The notes under the pieces are model-generated. The model was not told the origin of the DNA, made no database searches, and saw only the letters and a program-made list of their open reading frames with translations. Of a stretch of 64,000 bases of DNA, positions 47,131 through 57,194 are shown in pieces. Origin of the DNA: Candidatus Woesearchaeota archaeon. GTDB lineage: Archaea > Nanobdellota > Nanobdellia > Woesearchaeales > JAZDKJ01. The position numbers and the translations under genes were made by a program. Positions within the stretch are counted from its first letter, which is position 1. The number at the start of each line of letters is the position of its first letter. The stretch spans positions 32,001 through 96,000 of the forward strand of contig JAZDKJ010000005.1 in NCBI GenBank assembly GCA_043803105.1, in the 5' to 3' direction.

Positions 47131-47769
47131 ATGCTGCAATACATAGAAACGATATACACTACAATTGTCGTATTATCATGCCTTTTTGTAGCTGTGCGAA
47201 CTCATAAACTCTATAAATTGAGCGGGCATGAGGGCATAGGCTCTTTTCGGAACGCATTCATCTACATGGGCTTGGCGTTCATTGCCCGTTACGTGATGTT
47301 AACACTCTTCTCGCTAAAGTTTGTCACAAGCCCGACGCTCGGGTTTGCGCTGGCAACGCAATTGGCCATGATATACTTGTATTGCATAGCAGGGTTCTCC
47401 CTTGTATACAGCCTGGTATGGAAGGGCGCTGAAAAGAAGCAGGCATATCTAGTGCACCTGCTCGCTATAGGAATAGCTGTTGCAAGCATCTATAAGGCCT
47501 ATTTCCTTTACTTCTCACAGCTGGCAGTGTTTGGATATGCGGCAATATCATGCTACTCAACATACAGGGAAACAAAGCAGAGGTTCATCCAAGTGTATTT
47601 CATAGCATTGATACTTGCTTTTGCAGGATACCTGGCAAACCTTCTAAATTATTTCCTTGCGCCAATAAGTCCAACATTCGTGATTTACACGTATGGCATA
47701 ACTGTAGTAACATTCCTGATATTTGTTTATGGGGTAATAAGGGCAGAATGGCTAAGCGAGAAAGGCTAG
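47131..47769 (+). CDS. Multi-pass (about 7 TM) membrane protein
   Basis: Seven hydrophobic segments; overlaps the downstream wHTH gene. Confidence 0.75.
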   Translation: MLQYIETIYTTIVVLSCLFVAVRTHKLYKLSGHEGIGSFRNAFIYMGLAFIARYVMLTLFSLKFVTSPTLGFALATQLAMIYLYCIAGFSLVYSLVWKGAEKKQAYLVHLLAIGIAVASIYKAYFLYFSQLAVFGYAAISCYSTYRETKQRFIQVYFIALILAFAGYLANLLNYFLAPISPTFVIYTYGITVVTFLIFVYGVIRAEWLSEKG

Positions 47770-48014
47770 AGGTAATAAACGACATACTGAAGGTCATACG
47801 CGACAACAGGAGCGTAAGACCAACAAAAGTGCTCCACTCATCAAACCTAAGCCCTCAGATGTTCAAGGAGTACATAGACGAACTGCTTACAAAGAAGTTT
47901 ATTGAACAAAGAGAAGAAGACGACAAAAAATTCTATTCGCTGACAGAAAAGGGCTATGAATTCCTGCAAAAATACAAGGCAATGACAGAACTCATAGCAA
48001 ACTTCGGGCTTTGA
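47748..48014 (+). CDS. Winged-helix transcriptional regulator
   Basis: KRERLEVI.DIL, T..L..SNLS, Y.LTEKG..FL. Confidence 0.88.
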   Translation: MAKRERLEVINDILKVIRDNRSVRPTKVLHSSNLSPQMFKEYIDELLTKKFIEQREEDDKKFYSLTEKGYEFLQKYKAMTELIANFGL

Positions 48015-48038
48015 ACAGGAGTAAACTTCCAGAAACAG

Positions 48039-48308
48039 TCAAAACTGGAAGCCTTTTTTTGCAACATACGCAACAGCAGCAGCAATTCCGCAATAGAGGG
48101 ACAACTGACCGATTTTATAGCTCTTACTTTTCTCAAATTGTTTGTCAGTCTGTAGCATCTCGTTTCTCCTAAGTTGAAACTCGCCCCAAACCCAGTAACC
48201 AATCAACGAGACTCTGCCTGCTGCACGCTCCACGCCTGCAAAAAATGCAGTATGCAATGGCAAACATGCAATCCCGAAAACAACTTCATCAAGACTATGT
48301 TTTCCCAT
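48039..48308 (-). CDS. Hypothetical small membrane protein
   Basis: 89-aa ORF with an upstream TATA-like TTTAAAA. Confidence 0.45.
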   Translation of the reverse strand: MGKHSLDEVVFGIACLPLHTAFFAGVERAAGRVSLIGYWVWGEFQLRRNEMLQTDKQFEKSKSYKIGQLSLYCGIAAAVAYVAKKGFQF

Positions 48309-48340
48309 AAATAAAGGAAGTCAGCTCTAATTTTTAAAGC

Positions 48341-48610
48341 TTACTTGTCAAGCAGATTTCGCAAGCGCTGAGAAACAGCCTTTGTTTGCGAGGAAAAACC
48401 AAAGTAGCCCAAGAACCAGCCAACATAATAAGTAATCTCACCTGAGCGTGTTCTGTATATCCTACCTATATCATATACAACTCCGCTCCTCTCTTCCTTT
48501 GGAAGGTGAGGCAGCTTACGCTGTTGCCAGCCATTTGCAGCACCGTCTACAAGCGCTTCAAGCTGAGGGTGCGGTTCTTTAATGTATTTGAAGGCAAAAT
48601 ACTCTACCAT
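48341..48610 (-). CDS. Hypothetical protein
   Basis: 89-aa ORF with an upstream TTTAAATA box, divergent from uvrA. Confidence 0.5.
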   Translation of the reverse strand: MVEYFAFKYIKEPHPQLEALVDGAANGWQQRKLPHLPKEERSGVVYDIGRIYRTRSGEITYYVGWFLGYFGFSSQTKAVSQRLRNLLDK

Positions 48611-48697
48611 AAACGGAAATGTAGCAGAAGATTATTTAAAACTATTGCCAGTTCAAGCAACACAACCTATTTAAATGCTGATTCTTTCTTAACGGCC

Positions 48698-51484
48698 ATG
48701 AAAAACATAGTGATAAAGGGGGCAAGGCAGCACAATCTAAAAAACATTAACCTTACTCTGCCGAGAGATAAGCTCATAGTTCTCACAGGCCTATCCGGCT
48801 CTGGAAAAAGCACTCTTGCGTTTGACACAATCTATGCAGAAGGCCAGAGGAGATATGTGGAGAGCCTGTCTGCTTATGCACGGCAGTTCATAGGCCAGAT
48901 CGGAAAGCCGGATGTTGACTCCATAGAAGGGCTGAGCCCTGCAATATCGATAGAGCAAAAATCCACGAGCAAAAACCCCAGGTCAACTGTCGGCACTGTG
49001 ACAGAGATATATGACTATCTAAGGTTATTGTTTGCGAGGATTGGCATTCCTTATTGTCCAGAGCACAACCTGAAGATAGAAGGGCAAAGCGCTGAACGGA
49101 TAGCAGACCAGATTGAAGGCACTGTCACCATACTTGCGCCCATAATCAGGCAGAAAAAGGGGACATACGAGAAACTAGTCGAGGACCTTAACAAAGAAGG
49201 ATATGCAAAGGTAAGGATCGACAAGGTCATCCAAGGGACAGACGAGGAAGCAAAGCTTGACAGATACAAAAAGCATGACATAGAAATCGTTGTGGACAAG
49301 GTAAAGCCAAGCGAAAGGACGAGGCTTGTAGAGGCAATAGAGAACGCAATAAAAAAAGCTGAGGGGCTTGTAATAACTGTGGATGACGATGGAAAAGAGA
49401 AGTTGTACTCCAGTAGGATGGCATGCCCGAAATGTGGATTGATGTTTGAGGAACTTCAACCCAGAATGTTCTCATTCAACTCACCATTCGGGGCGTGCGA
49501 GAATTGCCATGGGCTAGGAATCAGGATGGACTTTGACCCTGACCTGATGATTCCTGACAAGGCAAAGAGCATAGCTGACGGGGCAATAACTCTGTACAAG
49601 AACGCGATGGATGGATGGAGGGTGCAATACCTTGGAGCAATAGCAAAGCACTATGGTTTTGACATATTCACTCCAATAAACAGGCTCACGAAACAACAAT
49701 TTGATGTGCTGATGCACGGTGGCAACGACAGGATAAAATACAACATGAGCATGAAAAATGGCGAATCCAACTGGTCAGGGACAGGAGAATGGGAGGGGCT
49801 GATACCCCAATCAGAAAGGCTTTATCGGCAGACAGAATCAGAGTACAGAAGAGAAGAGCTGGAAAGGTTCATGCAGGTGAGCTCTTGCGAGGCATGCAAG
49901 GGAAAAAAGCTTAAGCCAAAGGTATTGGCAGTAAAAGTAGCAGGAGAGTCCATAATAGACATAACAGACCTTTCAATAAAGGACGCGATAGAATTCTTCG
50001 ATAAAGTCCAACTAACTGAAAAAGAAAAGGAGATCTCCAAGCAAGTGATAAAGGAGATAAGGGCAAGACTTGATTTTCTGGACAAGGTAGGGCTGAACTA
50101 TCTGACATTGTCAAGGACAGCAGGAACGCTTTCAGGCGGAGAGGCTCAAAGGATAAGGCTCGCAACCCAAATCGGCTCAAACCTGATGGGAGTACTGTAC
50201 GTACTTGATGAACCATCCATAGGGCTTCACCAAAGGGACAACAAGAAACTGATAAAGACGCTGTTCAAATTGAGAGACCTCGGCAACACACTCATAGTTG
50301 TAGAGCATGACGAAGAGACGATCAGAAATGCAGACTATGTTGTGGACCTTGGGCCTGGGGCAGGGCTTCACGGAGGCAGGATAGTTGCAGAGGGAACCCC
50401 AAAACAGGTGGAGAAGGCAAAAAACAGCCTGACAGGAATGTATCTTTCTGGCAGGATGAAGATAGAAACCCCGACAAACAGAAGAAAGGCAGACAAATAC
50501 ATAAGGTTGCTGGGATGCAGGGAGAACAACCTCAAATCTATAAATGCAAAAATACCTGTAGGACTTTTAACCCTGATAACAGGGGTGAGCGGGAGCGGCA
50601 AATCTACTTTGATTTCTGAGATACTCTACAAAGCGCTGATGAAAAGGCTGTACAACTCAAAAGAGAGTGCTGGTAAGCATGACAAACTCGTGCTTGAACA
50701 AGAGATAGAAAAGGTAATCGTTATCGACCAAAGCCCGATAGGAAGAACACCAAGGAGCAATCCTGCAACGTACACAAAACTGTTTGACGAGATAAGACGC
50801 CTGTTCTCTGAAACACCAGAAGCAAAGGTTCGGGGTTACAAGCCAGGAAGATTCTCATTCAATGTTGAGGGAGGCAGGTGCGAGGCATGCCAGGGAGATG
50901 GGCTAATAAAAATAGAGATGAACTTTCTGCCTGATGTCTACATAGAATGCGAGGAGTGCAAGGGAACAAGATATAATGCTGAAACACTTGAGGTGAGGTA
51001 CAAGGGAAAATCGATAGCAGAGGTGCTTAACCTCACAGTAGAAGAGGCATACACACTGTTCGAGAACATACCATCAATCAAGGCAAAACTGGACACACTC
51101 CTCAGGGTTGGCCTGAGCTATATAAAACTCGGGCAGAGCTCAACAACACTCTCAGGAGGAGAGGCACAAAGAATCAAGATAACGAGGGAGCTTGCGAAAA
51201 GAGAGTCAGGAAAGACGGTCTATCTGCTTGATGAGCCCACAACAGGGCTTCATTTTCATGACGTCAAAAAACTGATAAATGTACTTGACGAGCTAGTTGA
51301 CAAGGGAAACAGCGTTGTTGTGATTGAGCACAACCTTGATGTCATAAAGTCAGCAGACTATATAATAGACCTTGGGCCTGATGGCGGAGATTTGGGCGGG
51401 AGAATAATAGCAGAGGGAACCCCTGAAGAGGTTGCAAGAAACCCGAAGAGCTATACTGGAGAATTCCTCAAGAGGATGCTTTAG
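48698..51484 (+). CDS. uvrA: Excinuclease ABC subunit A
   Basis: GARQHNLKN, GLSGSGKS, two LSGGEAQR signatures, Zn fingers. Confidence 0.98.
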   Translation: MKNIVIKGARQHNLKNINLTLPRDKLIVLTGLSGSGKSTLAFDTIYAEGQRRYVESLSAYARQFIGQIGKPDVDSIEGLSPAISIEQKSTSKNPRSTVGTVTEIYDYLRLLFARIGIPYCPEHNLKIEGQSAERIADQIEGTVTILAPIIRQKKGTYEKLVEDLNKEGYAKVRIDKVIQGTDEEAKLDRYKKHDIEIVVDKVKPSERTRLVEAIENAIKKAEGLVITVDDDGKEKLYSSRMACPKCGLMFEELQPRMFSFNSPFGACENCHGLGIRMDFDPDLMIPDKAKSIADGAITLYKNAMDGWRVQYLGAIAKHYGFDIFTPINRLTKQQFDVLMHGGNDRIKYNMSMKNGESNWSGTGEWEGLIPQSERLYRQTESEYRREELERFMQVSSCEACKGKKLKPKVLAVKVAGESIIDITDLSIKDAIEFFDKVQLTEKEKEISKQVIKEIRARLDFLDKVGLNYLTLSRTAGTLSGGEAQRIRLATQIGSNLMGVLYVLDEPSIGLHQRDNKKLIKTLFKLRDLGNTLIVVEHDEETIRNADYVVDLGPGAGLHGGRIVAEGTPKQVEKAKNSLTGMYLSGRMKIETPTNRRKADKYIRLLGCRENNLKSINAKIPVGLLTLITGVSGSGKSTLISEILYKALMKRLYNSKESAGKHDKLVLEQEIEKVIVIDQSPIGRTPRSNPATYTKLFDEIRRLFSETPEAKVRGYKPGRFSFNVEGGRCEACQGDGLIKIEMNFLPDVYIECEECKGTRYNAETLEVRYKGKSIAEVLNLTVEEAYTLFENIPSIKAKLDTLLRVGLSYIKLGQSSTTLSGGEAQRIKITRELAKRESGKTVYLLDEPTTGLHFHDVKKLINVLDELVDKGNSVVVIEHNLDVIKSADYIIDLGPDGGDLGGRIIAEGTPEEVARNPKSYTGEFLKRML

Positions 51485-51496
51485 GAATTATTGGTT

Positions 51497-52552
51497 TTAT
51501 TTCTTACCAATTATCAGATTTATTCTTCTCACCAGCTTTGGAGAGATATAATGTGCAACTGTTACAGTATGGCTAGGCAACCATTCTTCTGTCTTTTTAG
51601 AAAACTTTTTATGACCTAACTTCTCTGCAATTTCATTATATACTTCTTTTATTTCATTCTTTGTGGGATGCGGATTTTTTTTGAGATATTTCTCAATTGT
51701 AAAAGTTGCATAATAAGACCTAACTAAATGCGGATAGAATCTTTTTCCGCAATATTTCAAGAAAGCACTTTCAAATTCAGTATCCCTTATAACATGATGC
51801 AGACCATTAGTAAAAACATACTCGTTAGGCCTTAGAGTTCTTATTTTCTTTGCAAGAGACGTGACATAAACCTCTGGAAATTCTTCCTCTATTTTTTGCG
51901 GAACCCCATTTTTGCCAGAAAACGTGAACATTACATTATCCTTTTGTATTTTTATATCTTTTTTTCGTAGGGTTGTAAGACCTTCGTGACCATTTATTTT
52001 ATCGTACACCTCACCACCTACACGCATATAAGTTTTAAGTAAGGTATAAAGCGGAAGAGCCATGAAATCCTTATTTCTTAAACCAAACAGCACATTTCTT
52101 CTCAATTTAGGCAAAACCTTTTCAAATTCATCAACTTTTTTGTATTTGGTATCCTGCGATTTTAGTTTTTTGTCTAAAGTGTATACATACGCGTATTCGC
52201 CGTTCGGATTTTGATAGATAACGTCCCAATGATGATTATTTGTCTGATCATGAATAGTCAAATGAGGAGAGAACAAAGAATATGCTCTGTCCAGTTTTTT
52301 CCCATTTGGAAGAATGATTATCCTTTCTCCAGCAACATGGTTATTGGGCAACAAATAACCTTTCAGGAAAGCCTTATCTTTGGAGTCAAGAAGAACATTG
52401 AATCTATTATGCAATTTAAAATAATTAACTATTTTTTTAACATTGCTTATATCAAAGTGATTTTCCCGAGTCCAGCCGGCCCTTGTTTTCCTTTGCGCAA
52501 TTAAGTCCTTTGCCCTTATTCTGATTGCACTTGCAGGAATATTTTTTTTCAT
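51497..52552 (-). CDS. Short type IB DNA topoisomerase-like protein
   Basis: MRVG (Arg), GLTTL, F.GKNG (Lys), RSY.A (Arg), LGH (His), HYISP (Tyr): the vaccinia-type catalytic pentad in the correct order. Confidence 0.8.
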   Translation of the reverse strand: MKKNIPASAIRIRAKDLIAQRKTRAGWTRENHFDISNVKKIVNYFKLHNRFNVLLDSKDKAFLKGYLLPNNHVAGERIIILPNGKKLDRAYSLFSPHLTIHDQTNNHHWDVIYQNPNGEYAYVYTLDKKLKSQDTKYKKVDEFEKVLPKLRRNVLFGLRNKDFMALPLYTLLKTYMRVGGEVYDKINGHEGLTTLRKKDIKIQKDNVMFTFSGKNGVPQKIEEEFPEVYVTSLAKKIRTLRPNEYVFTNGLHHVIRDTEFESAFLKYCGKRFYPHLVRSYYATFTIEKYLKKNPHPTKNEIKEVYNEIAEKLGHKKFSKKTEEWLPSHTVTVAHYISPKLVRRINLIIGKK

Positions 52553-52652
52553 TATTTGCAGAATATGCAGTTCCAGTTAATTTAAATGTTTGCATGTTTC
52601 AATAATTCGAATTTTTGTAAGATTTATAAGGCTGGGAGTTTTTCAGAACAGC

Positions 52653-54194
52653 ATGATAAAGCTTGGGACTTTGCCAGCAAACCCTGGATGCTATTTATTC
52701 AAGGATGCAACAAAAAGAGTAATCTATGTAGGAAAGGCAAAAGAGCTGCGCAAGAGAGTTGCAAATTACTTTACCAAGAAGAATTTGGATGCAAAGACTG
52801 AGGCTCTTGTTGACCACATTGATTCAGTGGAGTTTTTTATAACAAACAATGCGGTTGAAGCGCTAATTCTTGAGAACAACCTGATAAAAAGAAACCAGCC
52901 AAAATACAACATTAACCTCAAGGACTCCAAAAGATATGCTTATATCCAGATAACAGATGAGGATTTTCCAAAACTACTCACTGCACGCAAAATCACAGAA
53001 GGAAAGTTCTTCGGGCCATTCGTGTCCGGGCTGGAAAGAGACTATGTGCAACAACTGCTTATCAGGAATTTCAAGATTCGCACATGCAAGGGATTTCCAA
53101 AAAGGCCGTGCCTTAGACACCACATCAACCTTTGTGATGCTCCCTGTGTTGGGCATGTAACAAAAGAGAGATACAATGAGAGGATAACAAGGATAACATC
53201 AATACTAAGAGGAAAGACCAGAGAACTCGCAGCAGAACTAAAAGAGCAAATGAGTGAACAATCGAAGCAGCAAAACTATGAGGCTGCCATAGAAATAAGG
53301 GATCAACTCAAAGCAGTTGAGAGCCTTAAGGAAAGACAAACAGTGGAGAGACAAAAAGAGTACAATGAAGACATCATCAACTATATTATACGAGACAACA
53401 AGGTCTACCTGCTGCTCTTCAACATCTACAAGGGAACGCTATCAAACAAAGACGAGTTTGAATTCGACTTTTCAGAAGAGTTCCTGGAAGAATTCATAGT
53501 GCAATATTATTCGGATCATGAAATACCAAGAGAACTCATCTTGCCAACAGGGGTGGATGAGTCTATCGAGCAATATCTTCATAATGTGAAGAGAAAAAAA
53601 GTCAATGTCACAATACCAAAAATAGGAGAGAAAAAAGACCTTCTCGAACTAGTAAAGAAAAACATTGAGATAAGCTTTTTTGCAGATGAATCCAAGATGG
53701 AAGAATTGCAGAAGAAACTTAAGCTGCAGGACATGCCTCGCGTCATTGAATGTTTTGACATCTCGCATCTGTCAGGAACATCCACGGTTGGCTCCATGGT
53801 ACAATTCCGCAACGGAAAACCAGACAAAAGCAACTACAGAAGATTCAAGATACAATCAGTAAATGGAATTGATGACCTTAGGGCAATAGCAGAGATTGTT
53901 AGAAGAAGGTATACACGATTAAAAAACGAAAACCTAGAAATGCCTCACTTGGTTGTCATTGATGGCGGAGTTGGACAACTGAATTTTGCGCTGGAAGAAC
54001 TAAAGAGACTTGAAATAAGTATACCAACAATATCACTTGCAAAACAATTTGAAGAAGTTCATTTGCCAGGACTGAAATTCCCTATAAAACCAGAGGGAAA
54101 GGCCTTGCGATTCCTTCAAGAGGTAAGGGACGAAGCGCACAGGTTTGCGATAAAATACAACAGACTTCTGAGGAGAAAGGAAATAATAGGTTAA
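52653..54194 (+). CDS. uvrC: Excinuclease ABC subunit C, lacking the C-terminal HhH domain
   Basis: GIY-YIG PGCY..YVGKAK, UVR domain, ECFDISH, IDGG.GQ, RDEAHRFA, then stop. Confidence 0.95.
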   Translation: MIKLGTLPANPGCYLFKDATKRVIYVGKAKELRKRVANYFTKKNLDAKTEALVDHIDSVEFFITNNAVEALILENNLIKRNQPKYNINLKDSKRYAYIQITDEDFPKLLTARKITEGKFFGPFVSGLERDYVQQLLIRNFKIRTCKGFPKRPCLRHHINLCDAPCVGHVTKERYNERITRITSILRGKTRELAAELKEQMSEQSKQQNYEAAIEIRDQLKAVESLKERQTVERQKEYNEDIINYIIRDNKVYLLLFNIYKGTLSNKDEFEFDFSEEFLEEFIVQYYSDHEIPRELILPTGVDESIEQYLHNVKRKKVNVTIPKIGEKKDLLELVKKNIEISFFADESKMEELQKKLKLQDMPRVIECFDISHLSGTSTVGSMVQFRNGKPDKSNYRRFKIQSVNGIDDLRAIAEIVRRRYTRLKNENLEMPHLVVIDGGVGQLNFALEELKRLEISIPTISLAKQFEEVHLPGLKFPIKPEGKALRFLQEVRDEAHRFAIKYNRLLRRKEIIG

Positions 54195-54238
54195 ACCACA
54201 AGCTTAGATTTAAAAACCTGTAGAGCTTCCAAGAGCAG

Positions 54239-56182
54239 ATGGAATTCAAATTAAAAGCAAGCTTTAAGCCAGCCGGTTCACAGCCGGAGGCAATAAAGAA
54301 GCTCGTTGAAGGGATCAAAAAAGGCTATGACTCCCAGACACTCTTAGGTGTAACGGGCAGCGGAAAAACTTTCAGTATGGCTAATATCATAGCACAAGTC
54401 CAGAAGCCAACACTGGTCTTGGCACATAACAAGACCCTTGCTGCACAACTTTATAACGAATTTAAGGATTTCTTTCCAGAGAACAGGATAGAATATTTTG
54501 TATCATATTATGACTATTACCAGCCTGAAAGCTACATACCGCAAAGAGACCTGTACATTGAGAAGGATGCCCAGATCAACCCAAAGATAGAGCAGATGAG
54601 GCTATCAGCAACAGCTTCGCTGATGTCCAGAAAAGACGTGATTGTGGTGGCGTCAGTATCATGCATCTATGGCCTAGGCAATCCTGAAAATTTCAGGAAT
54701 TTAGGGTTTGAACTGGCAATAAAGCAGGACATGCCAAGAGAGCAGCTGCTAAGAAGGCTCGTCGACATACAATACGAAAGAAACGATGTAGAGCTGATAC
54801 CTGGAAGATTTAGAGTAAAGGGGAACATCATAGACTTGATCCCAGGATACTACAACAACATAATCAGGATAGAGCTTGAAGAGGATAAAGTGGCAAGCAT
54901 AAAGGAACTGGACAAGAACACAATGCAGGCAATAGAAAAAATGGACCACTACTACGTATATCCAGCAAGGCACTTTGTCATAGCACAGGATGAGAAAGAA
55001 CAGGCAATAGTTGCAATAAAAAAAGAACTGCAAGAGAGGCTGCCAAAGCTAGGGCTGATTGAGGCGCACAGGCTAAAGCAAAGAACTCTATATGACATAG
55101 AAATGATAGAGGAAACAGGATACTGCAAGGGAATAGAAAACTACTCAAGGCATTTTGACAGAAGAAATGAGGGTGAAAAGCCTTACTGCCTGCTGGACTA
55201 TTTTCCAGATGACTTCTTGCTTTTTATTGATGAAAGCCACCAAACAATACCCCAACTGCATGGAATGTATAACGGAGACAAATCAAGGAAACAAACATTA
55301 GTGGATTATGGTTTCAGGTTGCCGTCTGCATTTGACAACAGGCCTTTGAAGTTTGAGGAATTTGAAACATACATGAAAAAAGTGGTCTACGTATCAGCAA
55401 CACCCTCAGAATATGAGCTAAAGCACAGCAAGCAAGTGGTTGAACAGATAATCAGGCCTACAGGGCTAATCGACCCAATTGTTGAGGTCAGGCAAAGCGA
55501 GGGCCAGATAGCTGATGTGATAAGGGAAATCAAGGACACAATCGCCAAAGGAAACAGGGTGCTTCTCACAACACTGACCAAAAAACTTGCGGAAGAGCTA
55601 AGCGAGCACTTGGCATCACGGGAAATAAAAACAAGGTACCTGCACTCCGAGGTTGAAACCCTGGAGAGAACAGAAATAATAAGGCAGCTAAGGCTTGGGA
55701 AGTTTGACGTACTCGTGGGAATAAACCTTCTCCGCGAGGGATTGGACATACCGGAGGTTGCGTTCATCGGAATACTTGATGCTGACAAGGAAGGCTTTTT
55801 GCGAGACACTAGAAGCCTGATACAAACAATAGGAAGGGCAGCGCGAAACACAGAGAGCAGGGTTGTGCTTTACGCAGATAAGTTGACTGACTCGATAAAG
55901 GCAGCGGTAGCAGAAACAAACAGAAGAAGAAGCCTGCAGATGGAATACAACGAGAAGAACAAGATAATCCCGAAAACCATCATAAAGCCAATAAGGGACA
56001 AAGAGATAGAAGTAGAGGACGTAAAGCACATACCCAAAGCAGACATACCGAACCTATTGATTCAGCTCGAGGCTGAGATGAGGGAATCTGCAGAGAGGCT
56101 TGACTTTGAGAGGGCAATAGCCATAAGAGATCAGATAAAAAGGTTCCGGGGAAGACTAGAGGATAAGCAGCAAAATTTATAA
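54239..56182 (+). CDS. uvrB: Excinuclease ABC subunit B
   Basis: GVTGSGKT, YYDYYQPE, DESH, QTIGRAARN, C-terminal UVR domain. Confidence 0.98.
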   Translation: MEFKLKASFKPAGSQPEAIKKLVEGIKKGYDSQTLLGVTGSGKTFSMANIIAQVQKPTLVLAHNKTLAAQLYNEFKDFFPENRIEYFVSYYDYYQPESYIPQRDLYIEKDAQINPKIEQMRLSATASLMSRKDVIVVASVSCIYGLGNPENFRNLGFELAIKQDMPREQLLRRLVDIQYERNDVELIPGRFRVKGNIIDLIPGYYNNIIRIELEEDKVASIKELDKNTMQAIEKMDHYYVYPARHFVIAQDEKEQAIVAIKKELQERLPKLGLIEAHRLKQRTLYDIEMIEETGYCKGIENYSRHFDRRNEGEKPYCLLDYFPDDFLLFIDESHQTIPQLHGMYNGDKSRKQTLVDYGFRLPSAFDNRPLKFEEFETYMKKVVYVSATPSEYELKHSKQVVEQIIRPTGLIDPIVEVRQSEGQIADVIREIKDTIAKGNRVLLTTLTKKLAEELSEHLASREIKTRYLHSEVETLERTEIIRQLRLGKFDVLVGINLLREGLDIPEVAFIGILDADKEGFLRDTRSLIQTIGRAARNTESRVVLYADKLTDSIKAAVAETNRRRSLQMEYNEKNKIIPKTIIKPIRDKEIEVEDVKHIPKADIPNLLIQLEAEMRESAERLDFERAIAIRDQIKRFRGRLEDKQQNL

Positions 56183-56206
56183 AGCAGACTTGCTGGAATA
56201 AGAAAA

Positions 56207-56551
56207 ATGGATGCATGGGGATGGTTTCTGGCTATTATGTTAGTGATTCTAATATTGCTTGTAGCAGCAATGGTCTTGTTCAAGCCAAAAAAGAAGACTC
56301 CCACTGATTATCATGGCCTGTTCATGATAGGCGCACTCTGGGTCATTATAGGCATACCCTTTAGGAACTATTGGCTTGCAGGAATAGGTGCGATATTCAT
56401 TGTGGTTGCGCTTGCGAACAAGCACAAATGGAAGAAAAACAAGCAAAGCTGGCAGAAGCTCAACAGGTCTGAAAAAATCACAAGACTTGTACTATACATT
56501 CTGATGGCAATTGTCATCCTGGCTGGCCTCGTAGGGTATTTCAAGCAATGA
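56207..56551 (+). CDS. Small membrane protein
   Basis: Four hydrophobic segments; TDY..LF..G..W motif. Confidence 0.7.
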   Translation: MDAWGWFLAIMLVILILLVAAMVLFKPKKKTPTDYHGLFMIGALWVIIGIPFRNYWLAGIGAIFIVVALANKHKWKKNKQSWQKLNRSEKITRLVLYILMAIVILAGLVGYFKQ

Positions 56552-57036
56552 GAGAGCTGTTCGACAATCTACCGAGAATCTCGCTACAAGACAACTGTGA
56601 CTTTCTCATAGACAGCTGCTTCTTTGTATGGATATTTGAAAAGAACAAGGAGAAGGAGTTTGAAAGGGTTCTCGAAAAAAGCATATGCGCGATAACATCC
56701 TTTAATGCAGACGAACTGGCACATATTAGCCATAGACTAAATGACAAGGTCAGGGAAAGTGCGAGAAAAGAGTTAAAGAAATCAGAGCACCTTTTCCTCT
56801 TGGATGTTCCGGTAAAGCCGGGGAACAAGATGGAGGAAATTGAGTTTGTGAAGCGGATAGTCCCAGAATTCAATTGTGTGGAGCATGACCCAAGCGATGC
56901 TGTAATCCTTGCGGCGGCGGTAAGCACAGGCGCAAATGTGCTCACACGGGATAAGCATGACCTATTCAACGCAAGAATGGCGAATTGCCTGAACAGGTAT
57001 TCTATCAAGGTTCTGAATACCTTTGAAAGGGTCTGA
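56548..57036 (+). CDS. PIN-domain ribonuclease
   Basis: Acidic tetrad: LIDS, DEL, D.SDA.I.A, LTRD. Confidence 0.82.
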   Translation: MRELFDNLPRISLQDNCDFLIDSCFFVWIFEKNKEKEFERVLEKSICAITSFNADELAHISHRLNDKVRESARKELKKSEHLFLLDVPVKPGNKMEEIEFVKRIVPEFNCVEHDPSDAVILAAAVSTGANVLTRDKHDLFNARMANCLNRYSIKVLNTFERV

Positions 57037-57194
57037 CAACCAGAATGCAACAAGGCCATCTTAGTCATTATCACTAATGATAATCAAGATCATTGTTGAA
57101 TTGTCGGATTTTATCAGGGTAGGAGAAACAATTCTTGTTGTTCAATAAGCTTAGCAACAATAGTTTTATAACAATACCAAATTTCTAAGGGAGC

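Noticed and set aside
48506-48697. N-terminal extensions given by the ORF track for uvrA (likewise uvrC, uL5, uL6, eL32, wHTH)
   Set aside because: Homology starts at downstream ATGs. The extensions overlap promoters or neighbouring genes.
57068-57087. Fur-box-like palindrome ATTATCA-CTAA-TGATAAT
   Set aside because: Single AT-rich occurrence, far from the helicase TATA box, with no iron-related gene or Fur homolog adjacent.
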